NCBI GenBank assembly: GCA_051439505.1
Contig: JBFRWI010000165.1
Location: 1 to 33,200, forward strand
Direction of reading: 5' to 3'
DNA length: 33,200 bases
Origin: Hormoscilla sp.
GTDB lineage: Bacteria > Cyanobacteriota > Cyanobacteriia > Cyanobacteriales > Desertifilaceae
A program made the position numbers and the translations under genes. The notes beneath the pieces were generated by a model. The model saw nothing but the letters and a program-made list of their open reading frames with translations, was not told the origin of the DNA and ran no database searches. This document shows, in pieces, positions 18,756 to 26,455 of this stretch. How positions within the stretch are numbered: position 1 is the stretch's first letter; each line of letters starts with the position of its first letter.

Positions 18756-18894
18756 GGTTGAGTTACGCTCAGAATAGCGAATCAAGATGGCCTGTCACTC
18801 TATAAATTGCGGGAGTGCATCTTGCAGTTCTTTGTCGTCAAGAACTGCGTTTTAGGGAGGGCCTTTGGGTTTAATTTCAGTTGCTGTCATGAGC

Positions 18895-19461
18895 TTAGGT
18901 CGTAATCAGCTTCAATAGCGAATCTGGGGCAAAAACATCGCGGTAGAAGGTCAGTTGCTCGGTTTTCAGGTAGCAACCGCCTCGGTGTCCCCGTCGCACC
19001 CAGGTAACATTTCCCTTGGCAATGGTTTCATTGGTTTCGTCGTCTACAGACTTCCATTCAAAGTATGTATGTTCGCCATGAAACATGACGATCGGCCAGA
19101 CCATGGTCACCCCTGGTTGAGAGATTAACGCCCACCAATGTTTTTCCCGCTCTTGTTGTTCTGTCAAGCCTTGATATTGTCCGTCCTGGCATAAATAAAC
19201 CAGATTCTCGTGATATTCTGCTGTTAAAATATCTCCCCGTCCCTGGCGCAAAGCTTCGCAATGAGTGGGCCACCACTCTTTATTCTCTTTTTCAATTTGT
19301 TCCAGGGTGTAATCTGGTCCGATCGCCGGCAGGGTGGCTTCTTTCATGGCCACTATTTTTTCCGCCTGCTCGATTAATTTTTGCTTGAGGTCTTCTGGGA
19401 CTAACCCTTGTTTGGAATAGTCTGCTGCTAAGTCCTTGTAGTAGTTGACTCGTTTCCTCAT
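18895..19461 (-). CDS. NTF2/SnoaL-like fold protein (Slr1852-like member of the icfG cluster)
   Basis: WWPTHCEALRQGRGD...LVYLCQDG...VTMVWPIVMF...YFEW pattern fits an NTF2-like fold. AGGAG RBS; position fits the cluster. Confidence 0.65.
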   Translation of the reverse strand: MRKRVNYYKDLAADYSKQGLVPEDLKQKLIEQAEKIVAMKEATLPAIGPDYTLEQIEKENKEWWPTHCEALRQGRGDILTAEYHENLVYLCQDGQYQGLTEQQEREKHWWALISQPGVTMVWPIVMFHGEHTYFEWKSVDDETNETIAKGNVTWVRRGHRGGCYLKTEQLTFYRDVFAPDSLLKLITT

Positions 19462-19739
19462 GGGTGCGAATATCTCCTTATTTTTTTACCGTTTTCGCCA
19501 CGTTCCCTTTTGACAGGATAGCACGGGAACTATCCGTAAATTTGGGCAGCCCTTGGGCCGGCAGAGGATGCTATCCCCTCCTCTTACTATTGTAGCCGAG
19601 TTCTCATTTCTTTGTCAAGGTCTAAAACCAGATTGTCGTTTTTTCTGCTTGCCTGCCAGGAGATGCTTTTATCCTGTTATCCGATCGCACGCTCTCCCAT
19701 GATGCTCTAAGACTCTGTGGGACTTGTTCTGCGCACAGC

Positions 19740-19858
19740 TTACCCTGGGTAGCAAAGGCACTAGCGGCCTTATTAAACCCAGTATAAACACGAACTTGAG
19801 TAGTTCCTCGATTTCTTCGCGGGTTATGCCTTACTTAAATGTCATATCCACCAGTCCT
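19740..19858 (-). pseudogene. Carboxymuconolactone decarboxylase (CMD/AhpD-like) gene remnant, Slr1853-like
   Basis: Minus strand reads GLVDMTFK*GITREEIEELL, then after a frameshift VYTGFNKAASAFAT, matching the CMD C-terminal G.T.EEI.E.L....YxGF..A pattern. It has an internal TAA and lacks the 5' half. Confidence 0.65.
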
Positions 19859-19860
19859 AG

Positions 19861-20376
19861 CTAAAACATGGGGTTTTCCATTGGTTCGATCAGCTCATAA
19901 GTTACCCCCCTAATATCGTAAATTCTGATCTTGGGTTCGCCATCGACAATTTCATTAAATCTTGACAACAAAGCCTGGGTATAAGGCTGAGCCAGATGTG
20001 TTGCGAGAGCTTCGTAACTTTGCCATTCCTCGAAGTATATAAAGGAATTGGGGTCGCTTGATTCCTCGTAGAAGCTATAGCTGATGTTTCCTGGTTCTTT
20101 CCTGGTCGGTTCTAGAGTTGCCGTGGCCAGCCTTAAAAATAGTGAGCGTTTGGACGGTTTTACCCGAAATCTTGCTGACAGCACGAGGGGAACAGAGACT
20201 TCTTGAGTCTCCTCCATCATCTGCTCCATCATTTCTGACATCGCGGAGGTGGTTCTTTGGGGAGACTCTTGACTTTTCAGATCCTCTTCGCATCCGGTGC
20301 TAAACAGGGCAACCACCAGAAGCAACCAGGAAAATGCTTTCTTAAGGGACTGGCTCTGAGGGTTCATGTATGGCAT
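19861..20376 (-). CDS. ABM-family (putative quinol monooxygenase) protein with probable lipoprotein signal
   Basis: TRKEPGNISYSFY, FIYFEEWQS and ALATHLAQPY. N-terminal KK + hydrophobic stretch + STGC lipobox-like motif. Confidence 0.8.
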   Translation of the reverse strand: MPYMNPQSQSLKKAFSWLLLVVALFSTGCEEDLKSQESPQRTTSAMSEMMEQMMEETQEVSVPLVLSARFRVKPSKRSLFLRLATATLEPTRKEPGNISYSFYEESSDPNSFIYFEEWQSYEALATHLAQPYTQALLSRFNEIVDGEPKIRIYDIRGVTYELIEPMENPMF

Positions 20377-20543
20377 TTGACAGTCAGTAGGAATTCGCCT
20401 TCATCCCATAATTGCCGATCGCACCGGCGATCGCGACTCACGGGCATGGCTGACGCCAGCACTGACTCAGACTAAACGGGCTGACAATTTCTATGATCGA
20501 CCAACTGCTAGGATAAAGCAAGGTTATTTTTCCGATTGGTCTG

Positions 20544-20558
20544 ATAGATTTTATCTAT
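20544..20558. promoter_or_regulatory. LysR-type operator ATAG-N7-CTAT (T-N11-A)
   Basis: ATAGATTTTATCTAT lies 4 bp upstream of the LysR ATG, in the divergent promoter region. Confidence 0.65.
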
Positions 20559-20562
20559 AGCA

Positions 20563-21426
20563 ATGGATCTGTATCAAATTCGGTACTTTGTGACGATCGC
20601 TCAAACCGGTAACTTCACAAAGGCTGCCGAACGGCTATTTGTGTCCCAACCCTCCCTGTCAGCAGGGATCAAAAAGCTGGAACGGGAACTGGGGGTGATG
20701 CTATTCGAGCGCGGCGGGCGACGGGTACTGCTGACGCCTGCCGGTCGGTTCTTCCTGACCAAGGCTGAGGCCATGCTCAAAGATTACCAATTTATGTTAC
20801 AGGATATACAGAAATTCAAAGAGCAACCGACCCTGAGACTGGGAACTCTGCATACCCTGCGGGGCTGCGACTTGGCTGAGTTGATAGGCGCTTTTCGCTC
20901 GCAACATGGGAATGTGGCCATTGAGCTGCACAGCGGTCATCTGGAAAACCTGGAAGACTGGCTGGACAGTGGCGATATTGACCTGGCCATCACCTGGTTG
21001 AGGGCCGATGAGAGTAAGGACTCTTTATTTCTGTTTTCCCAACAGCTGATGCTGGCGGTCTTCCCATCTCATCCCTTTGCTCAACGCCCCACTGTTCCTT
21101 TGATGGACTTAAATGGCCAACCCTATATCGAACGTCTCCATTGTGAATTTTGGAGATCGGGCCCTCATCTGTTTGAATCGGCTGGGGTTGAGCCCCATAT
21201 AGTTTATTCTGCTAACAGTGAAGAATGGGTCATCTCTCTGATCCAAGCTGGCTTAGGCATGAGCCTTATGCCCAAATGGCGGCAACTTAGCAATCTGATC
21301 TATGTCCCGATCGATAATCTGAGTATAGCGCGCACTATTGGCTTAAAATGGAGAAACCATCATACCTCGGAGGCGGTCGAATGGTTTCGGATATTTGCCT
21401 CTAGCTATGCTTGGCAAGTTCAATAG
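20563..21426 (+). CDS. LysR family transcriptional regulator
   Basis: MDLYQIRYF...NFTKAAERLFVSQPSLSAGIKKLERELGVMLFER HTH plus substrate-binding domain. Confidence 0.97.
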   Translation: MDLYQIRYFVTIAQTGNFTKAAERLFVSQPSLSAGIKKLERELGVMLFERGGRRVLLTPAGRFFLTKAEAMLKDYQFMLQDIQKFKEQPTLRLGTLHTLRGCDLAELIGAFRSQHGNVAIELHSGHLENLEDWLDSGDIDLAITWLRADESKDSLFLFSQQLMLAVFPSHPFAQRPTVPLMDLNGQPYIERLHCEFWRSGPHLFESAGVEPHIVYSANSEEWVISLIQAGLGMSLMPKWRQLSNLIYVPIDNLSIARTIGLKWRNHHTSEAVEWFRIFASSYAWQVQ

Positions 21427-21434
21427 AATTGAAA

Positions 21435-21485
21435 ATGGAGAATGGAGAATGGAGAATGGAGAATTGAGAATGGAGAATTGAGATT
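21435..21485. repeat. Heptamer tandem repeat (AATGGAG/AATTGAG)
   Basis: About seven units directly after the LysR stop. Confidence 0.85.
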
Positions 21486-21504
21486 AGCAAGCCCGCAATT
21501 AATG

Positions 21505-21592
21505 GTAGGGGCACGGCCCTTCGGCTCACGCTCAGGGACCACATCAGTAGATGAGCGGGATAAACGAGGATAATTGTACTTTGCCGTGCCCC
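21505..21592 (+). repeat. GTAG-type palindrome (GGGGCACGGC...GCCGTGCCCC) with internal CCCTTCGGCTCACGCTCAGGG
   Basis: 10-bp terminal inverted arms preceded by GTA(G). Confidence 0.65.
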
Positions 21593-21639
21593 GGAGCGCA
21601 ATTAGCAATTAGCAAAAATTACCAAATTAGGAGGTAGCC

Positions 21640-21930
21640 ATGACTACTACAAATCAAATCGCAATTCAAGTCGATCGCCAAGCAAGTTCAGAACGCCTAC
21701 AAAAATTGGGTGTATATAGCTGGCCGATTTGGACCAAAGAAGTTTCGGAATTTCCCTGGACTTATGGGGAACAGGAAACCTGCTATTTGCTAGCAGGGGA
21801 GGTGATTGTAACGCCGGATGGGGGCGAACCCGTTCAATTTGGCCAGGGGGACTTGGTGATTTTCCCTGCTGGCATGTCTTGCACTTGGAATATTTTACAA
21901 GATGTGAAAAAGCATTATCAATTTGGATGA
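21640..21930 (+). CDS. Cupin domain protein (Cupin_3/DUF861)
   Basis: LGVYSWPIWTKEVSEFPWTY, ETCYLLAGEV, GDLVIFPAGMSCTW; GGAGG RBS. Confidence 0.92.
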   Translation: MTTTNQIAIQVDRQASSERLQKLGVYSWPIWTKEVSEFPWTYGEQETCYLLAGEVIVTPDGGEPVQFGQGDLVIFPAGMSCTWNILQDVKKHYQFG

Positions 21931-22077
21931 TTGTTGCTTGTTTCGGGTTCGTAATGGCAGCAGCGGGCACAGGGACCTAATCAATTCAAAAATCAAAATT
22001 CAAAATTCAAAATGTAAAAAGCCTTTGAGGGCAATGCTTTTAGAAGATCGACCGTAGCAAGTTAAATGCGCGACAGC

Positions 22078-22665
22078 TTAGGCTTGAGCTCCGCTTTCTC
22101 CAGTCATGACCGCAGCACCGATTAAATGAGCAATCCTCAAGGCTTCCGGTACTTTACCACAGTCTGTTAGGTTTGCTAAGACACGAGCGATCGCATCTGG
22201 GTCATCGGCGCCGCAGACTTGAAAGAAAAAGGGTGGATAGGCATGAATTTTACCAGCGCGCTGCAACAGGGAAAGACGTTTTTCTGGCTCTGGTAAATGA
22301 CGCAAAGCTTTTTCCATTGCTGGGATGTCTGGTTGACGCCGCATGACTGCGACGCAGGGGAGTTGCAGTCGGGATGCGAGGGTGGGCAAGTCTACAAGAT
22401 TGAAACCGCCAAACCCAATGCCATCTAGCAATACTATATGTAATTGGGGCAAGAATTTGCTGCCAATGAGTAAATTGCAGATGGCGTCGGTAGCGTCCCA
22501 TCCATCTTGCTGCACTTGTCCCCAGACCATCCCTTCAAAGCGAGTCCCGCCACAGACTACTCCGGTAATGAATACCTTTTCGCTACTATGGCGCACAAAG
22601 GGGGCGTCGTCAAACCCGATCGCCCGGATAACCCGATCCAGTCTCACTAAATCTTCCAGTTTCAT
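22078..22665 (-). CDS. DUF99 family protein (endonuclease V-like fold)
   Basis: IGFDDAPF, DGWDAT, LLDGIGFGGFNLVD, GKVPEALRIAHLI. The ATG at 22665 follows GGAGG. Confidence 0.88.
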   Translation of the reverse strand: MKLEDLVRLDRVIRAIGFDDAPFVRHSSEKVFITGVVCGGTRFEGMVWGQVQQDGWDATDAICNLLIGSKFLPQLHIVLLDGIGFGGFNLVDLPTLASRLQLPCVAVMRRQPDIPAMEKALRHLPEPEKRLSLLQRAGKIHAYPPFFFQVCGADDPDAIARVLANLTDCGKVPEALRIAHLIGAAVMTGESGAQA

Positions 22666-22727
22666 CGTACCTCCGGGAGTTACTTTCAAGGTAGGAATAC
22701 AGACGGGAAATATCAGAGGAAATTAAT

Positions 22728-22931
22728 ATGTCAGAAAAACAGCCCTCAGCCAACCGGCAACTGCTGGAAGCATGGCGGTTAAAAATAGAGGTTGCTAACC
22801 GCAATAATATTTTCTGCCACTGTCGCAGTTGTGGCTATGAATGGGTAGATTCTTCGGAAGATGTTATCTGTAGTAACTGTGGCAGCAAGTCTGTCCACAA
22901 GATCTTGTGCTGGCAGTTCCCAGATGATTGA
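22728..22931 (+). CDS. Small zinc-ribbon protein
   Basis: CHCRSC...CSNCGS with a CWQFPD end; AGAGGA RBS. Confidence 0.75.
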   Translation: MSEKQPSANRQLLEAWRLKIEVANRNNIFCHCRSCGYEWVDSSEDVICSNCGSKSVHKILCWQFPDD

Positions 22932-22985
22932 GTATCATCGCAGTAGAGGGAATGGTTTGTCCCCTATCTACTGGGACGCGGGTGC

Positions 22986-23001
22986 AGTGATCGCCGTCAC
23001 T
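22986..23001. promoter_or_regulatory. CRP-like palindrome AGTGA-N6-TCACT
   Basis: AGTGATCGCCGTCACT upstream of 23124; a weaker GCTGA-N6-TCACA lies at 23030-23045. Confidence 0.45.
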
Positions 23002-23123
23002 GCTAAAAGCGAGGTGCGTCGCATTGAAGGCTGACAGGGATCACAAAGGATCTGGGGGAGAATCACTGTAACTGCAGGAAGTAGAGTAGATACTAGAGGG
23101 GTAGAGCTAAGGGCGGACGAAAA

Positions 23124-23405
23124 ATGACAGATAGAGTTGAAGGGATCTCAGATGCAGTATCGGAAATTTTCTACACGGTCGCCGAAACCGGGGTTCTAAA
23201 TTTGTCAGATTATTATAAGCTGATGGCAGCAGCCTTAAATGAAGCCCTAGACGAACAAGAAAAAGGCTCCATTAATAGAGTCCTGTATTTTGTGCGGAAA
23301 AGACGTATTGCAGTAGTGGATGATATTGCTGCGAGGTTCGGAAAATATGCAAAGCAGGATAGTGACTATACGGAACTGGATTTACCGATGCTGCAAGTGG
23401 CATAA
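23124..23405 (+). CDS. Small hypothetical protein, tandem paralogue 1
   Basis: Aligns by eye with 23774-24049 (SEIFY.VA.TG....SDYYK...A.LN..LDE.E..S..R....V....IAVV). Confidence 0.8.
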   Translation: MTDRVEGISDAVSEIFYTVAETGVLNLSDYYKLMAAALNEALDEQEKGSINRVLYFVRKRRIAVVDDIAARFGKYAKQDSDYTELDLPMLQVA

Positions 23406-23611
23406 GATAGGCGATCGTGCGATCGCCAAATTTCAGATAATATGGCAAGTGAAATTGCGGGGCTAGGTGCAGCTGCGCGGAATTCAAAATTCTCTCATTC
23501 AATTATTCCGGCTTTGGGAGCAAGGTAAGAAGCCACTATCCGGCTAGTGGATTATTTCTGCCGTGTGTACTAGGCTGGAAAGGTAAGGAAAATCTGGATC
23601 GCTTCTGGTTC

Positions 23612-23627
23612 TGTGATCTAGGTCACT
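23612..23627. promoter_or_regulatory. CRP-like site TGTGA-N6-TCACT
   Basis: TGTGATCTAGGTCACT matches 9/10 positions of TGTGA-N6-TCACA. Confidence 0.6.
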
Positions 23628-23773
23628 CAAATCTCAAGTTGACGGTCACCAGAGCTGATGCAGTGCCATCACGTTTCCAGACCAGAACGGATCACGAAGA
23701 AATGCGGGTAACGGTCACGGTAGTAACGGGAAGTTGAGGAGATATTGGAATAGTAGAGTTGAGAACTTCCCAG

Positions 23774-24049
23774 ATGCTATCTCCAGTTGAAATCTCCTCC
23801 GATACAATCTCTGAAATTTTCTATTCTGTGGCAGTAACAGGCAGAATTACTGAGTCGGACTATTATAAAACAATAACCGCAATGTTAAATAACTCTCTGG
23901 ATGAAGAAGAGATCAACTCAGTTAAGAGAATGGTGCATTCTGTGAAGAGAGGAAAGATTGCAGTAGTCAATGACTCTGACAAGGTTGAGACATCGATTGG
24001 TGTTGATGATACTGCTGAAATTTTACTTCCCATATACCAAGCGGCATAG
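23774..24049 (+). CDS. Small hypothetical protein, tandem paralogue 2
   Basis: Paralogue of 23124-23405. Start is ATG 23774 or TTG 23759. Confidence 0.8.
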   Translation: MLSPVEISSDTISEIFYSVAVTGRITESDYYKTITAMLNNSLDEEEINSVKRMVHSVKRGKIAVVNDSDKVETSIGVDDTAEILLPIYQAA

Positions 24050-24103
24050 GCAGATGGGATTTATGGGATGTTTTTGAGGCTCTCCAAGGGTTTGGGTTGT
24101 GGC

Positions 24104-24376
24104 TCAACAATAAAGCTTATCCTCAAACAGGTCTTCACAAGTAACTGGGATGACATCCTTTAGTCCCAGGCTTTCCAAGTAGGAGATCCACCCTTGGGGA
24201 GTATTTTCGACTTCTATAATACCCAGGGCCCTGGCCACATCGGCTATCCAGGGAAGGGTAGAGATCCGATATCCTTGCCAATTTACTCCTACGGATAGCC
24301 ATTCAGGTGTAGTGCTTTGGTCAAAGTCAGTTGAAAGTTCGTAGCTGGCCCGGAAGCAATAGATTTTGCTGTTCAT
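24104..24376 (-). CDS. Hypothetical protein (90 aa)
   Basis: Clean ORF filling the gap with protein-like composition; family not recognised. Confidence 0.65.
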   Translation of the reverse strand: MNSKIYCFRASYELSTDFDQSTTPEWLSVGVNWQGYRISTLPWIADVARALGIIEVENTPQGWISYLESLGLKDVIPVTCEDLFEDKLYC

Positions 24377-24474
24377 AGTTAATTGGGCGTTGCTATTAGG
24401 AAGGTAGCGGGTCGCAAGTAGTCATTTTAGCACTTGAAACTCAGGATCGTAATCTAATCACTACATCTCGATCG

Positions 24475-25698
24475 CTACCTATTGACTGTACTGGGGAGTG
24501 ATGCGGCAATGGCATCGGCAATGGGCAGATAATTATCAAGCAAACTCTCGGGGACATCATTGACGAGACTGGGCAAGGTTGTAATGTTAGGATTGTAAGG
24601 CACTTCTAACGGTTGTAACCCAAGAGTTGTTCCACTAGGCAAACTCCAGTTTTCTTCAATCCAATGGGAGACTTTTGTTCTCCAAGTTTTGTTCTTTTCG
24701 GCAACTGGTGGCATCGGTGTTACCAGAAAGCGCAGATCTGGTTTGCCTTGATAGTCCCGTTGTTTGCGAACGCCCTGCACGACCCAATGCAGTCCTGCAA
24801 AACTTTGGTCCGTAGGTGCAAAGCAGATGATTGCTGTATCGGCTAGATCGAATAAGGCGATCGCGCTGGCATCGTTAAACCCAGGGCGGGCATCAATCAG
24901 GATAACATCGGGATTAAGTTGAGCTTTAATACCTGCCATCAGTTGCTCTACAGGATTTTCTTCTCTCCGATAAAAAACTTGCCAAGTTCTCCGATCGAGG
25001 TCTGCCAACCGATGAATATAATTTTCGTCATACTCCCCTACCGGGACTAAAAACAGTTCGCCACGAGTCCGCAAGTCGATCTTGCAGATACAGCTCTCAA
25101 TGGTCGGATAATTTTCTTCGGGAGTCAGAAAGCGTTGGTGCAAGTAATCCAGCACCCCATACTGTTCTTCATTAAGAATCTCAACATCTGGTTGCAACAA
25201 GATTGATAGTCCCGGAGCTTCCAAGTCGAAATCTACGATCGCCACCCGACGATTTCGGGTAGCCAATATCCCGGCGACTAATCCTAATGCGGTAGAGCGA
25301 CCTACCCCTCCCTTGAAAGAGTAAAAAGTCACAATTAATGGGCGTTTAGGAGTATCTTCATCCAATTCTACTGGTTGGTCAGGTTCCGCTGCCATTAAGA
25401 TGTCTGACCAAAGAGGTAGCCGAAGCTGGAAATATTCGGGAGGCTTTTCTTCGGGAGTCAACAATTCATAGCCTGAAATTGGATATTTACTCAGGTGAAA
25501 ATCGATATCTGCTAGTAGATTGTCAATTTTTTGTTCTCGTTCATCTGACGGTAGTCCATCAAAACAACTCGTAACAATCCTAATTCTCAGCCAACCCAAT
25601 GAGGTCCGCTTGATACTCACCTGTGCTTGTGTATCTTCAGTCTGTAACCGACTGGTCAGATGGGTCTTAATCTTTTCAGATAATGTAGTAAAATCCAT
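24475..25698 (-). CDS. ParA/MinD-like ATPase (KGGVGRS variant) with N-terminal BolA/MNT-like domain
   Basis: VTFYSFKGGVGRST, VDFDLEAPGL, GVLDYL, ILIDARPG. N-terminus IRIVTSCFDGL...ERE...LLTPEE. Confidence 0.8.
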   Translation of the reverse strand: MDFTTLSEKIKTHLTSRLQTEDTQAQVSIKRTSLGWLRIRIVTSCFDGLPSDEREQKIDNLLADIDFHLSKYPISGYELLTPEEKPPEYFQLRLPLWSDILMAAEPDQPVELDEDTPKRPLIVTFYSFKGGVGRSTALGLVAGILATRNRRVAIVDFDLEAPGLSILLQPDVEILNEEQYGVLDYLHQRFLTPEENYPTIESCICKIDLRTRGELFLVPVGEYDENYIHRLADLDRRTWQVFYRREENPVEQLMAGIKAQLNPDVILIDARPGFNDASAIALFDLADTAIICFAPTDQSFAGLHWVVQGVRKQRDYQGKPDLRFLVTPMPPVAEKNKTWRTKVSHWIEENWSLPSGTTLGLQPLEVPYNPNITTLPSLVNDVPESLLDNYLPIADAIAASLPSTVNR

Positions 25699-25700
25699 GA

Positions 25701-26147
25701 TTATGACGTTTCTCCTTGTTTATCCAACAATAGTCTGTGTATTTTTTGGACCGCCTCTATAAACCGTTTGCTGTCTTTCTCGTTGCCCAATTTGTTTGAG
25801 TAGCGTAATTCATCATTGCGCCATTGGGATACAATTTTGTTCCATGCCTCTCGATAACCATTCGTGCGGTCCAACGAGATTAATCGTTTTACTGAATCCA
25901 CACAATCTAACAACTTTGCTAGATTATGTAAATCCGCTCCTTGTAGTCCCTTCTTAAACACCTGAGTATCCTTGAAGTTATTTTTGTCCTCCTCGTCACA
26001 GATGAGAGATTTTAGGGCACATTCAATAGCATACCCACCCAGATAAATAGCACCGGTCCAACGCTTTTGGTTATGCAGAACCTGAGCATCTTCAAGGCGA
26101 CGACGAGAAGCACCTAGCTGGACGCGCCTGTCATAAGTATCTGGCAA
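25701..26147 (-). CDS. HEPN domain protein
   Basis: RRLEDAQVL, AIYLGGYAIECALKSLI, HNLAKLL, W...LRYS. TTG start after GGAGG; 2-bp gap to the ATPase. Confidence 0.8.
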   Translation of the reverse strand: MPDTYDRRVQLGASRRRLEDAQVLHNQKRWTGAIYLGGYAIECALKSLICDEEDKNNFKDTQVFKKGLQGADLHNLAKLLDCVDSVKRLISLDRTNGYREAWNKIVSQWRNDELRYSNKLGNEKDSKRFIEAVQKIHRLLLDKQGETS

Positions 26148-26369
26148 GCGTTCTACCTCCTATATAATAGCATGTTATTTCTCTAATCATACCTCCTCCT
26201 CAAATATGTTAATCTCCTTACCTTGAGAACTGGAATGGTTGGGCGGACTTCGCTGTTCGCGCCTCTCCTATTTTAACATCTTGGCACGGCAACGACATTA
26301 CTTTTTCATATCTTACCTATAAATATTCTTCGATCGCCTCCTTAATCTTCTCCTCACCCTCTGCCCGAA

Positions 26370-26452
26370 AAACGCGCTTTGCGTTTACTACGAACGGCAA
26401 ACGCTTTAGCGTTTACTACGAACGGGCAAACGCTAAAGCGTTTACTACGAAC
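26370..26452 (-). repeat. Three tandem GTAG-type REP palindromes (AAACGC..GCGTTTACTACGAAC)
   Basis: Three near-identical ~26-28 bp units just past the chelatase stop. Relatives lie at ~11808 and ~14504. Confidence 0.88.
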
Positions 26453-26455
26453 GGT

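Noticed and set aside
21401..21608. Short ORFs with FSILHS repeats
   Set aside because: Translations of the heptamer tandem repeat.
24475..25698. Chromosome-partition ParA or cell-division MinD
   Set aside because: Variant Walker A, extra N-terminal domain, and no parB, minC or minE; it is coupled to a HEPN gene instead.
26370..26452. Possible mini-CRISPR, or the 87-aa ORF starting here
   Set aside because: Units are separated by only 2-4 bp, and the same palindrome occurs singly elsewhere in the window.
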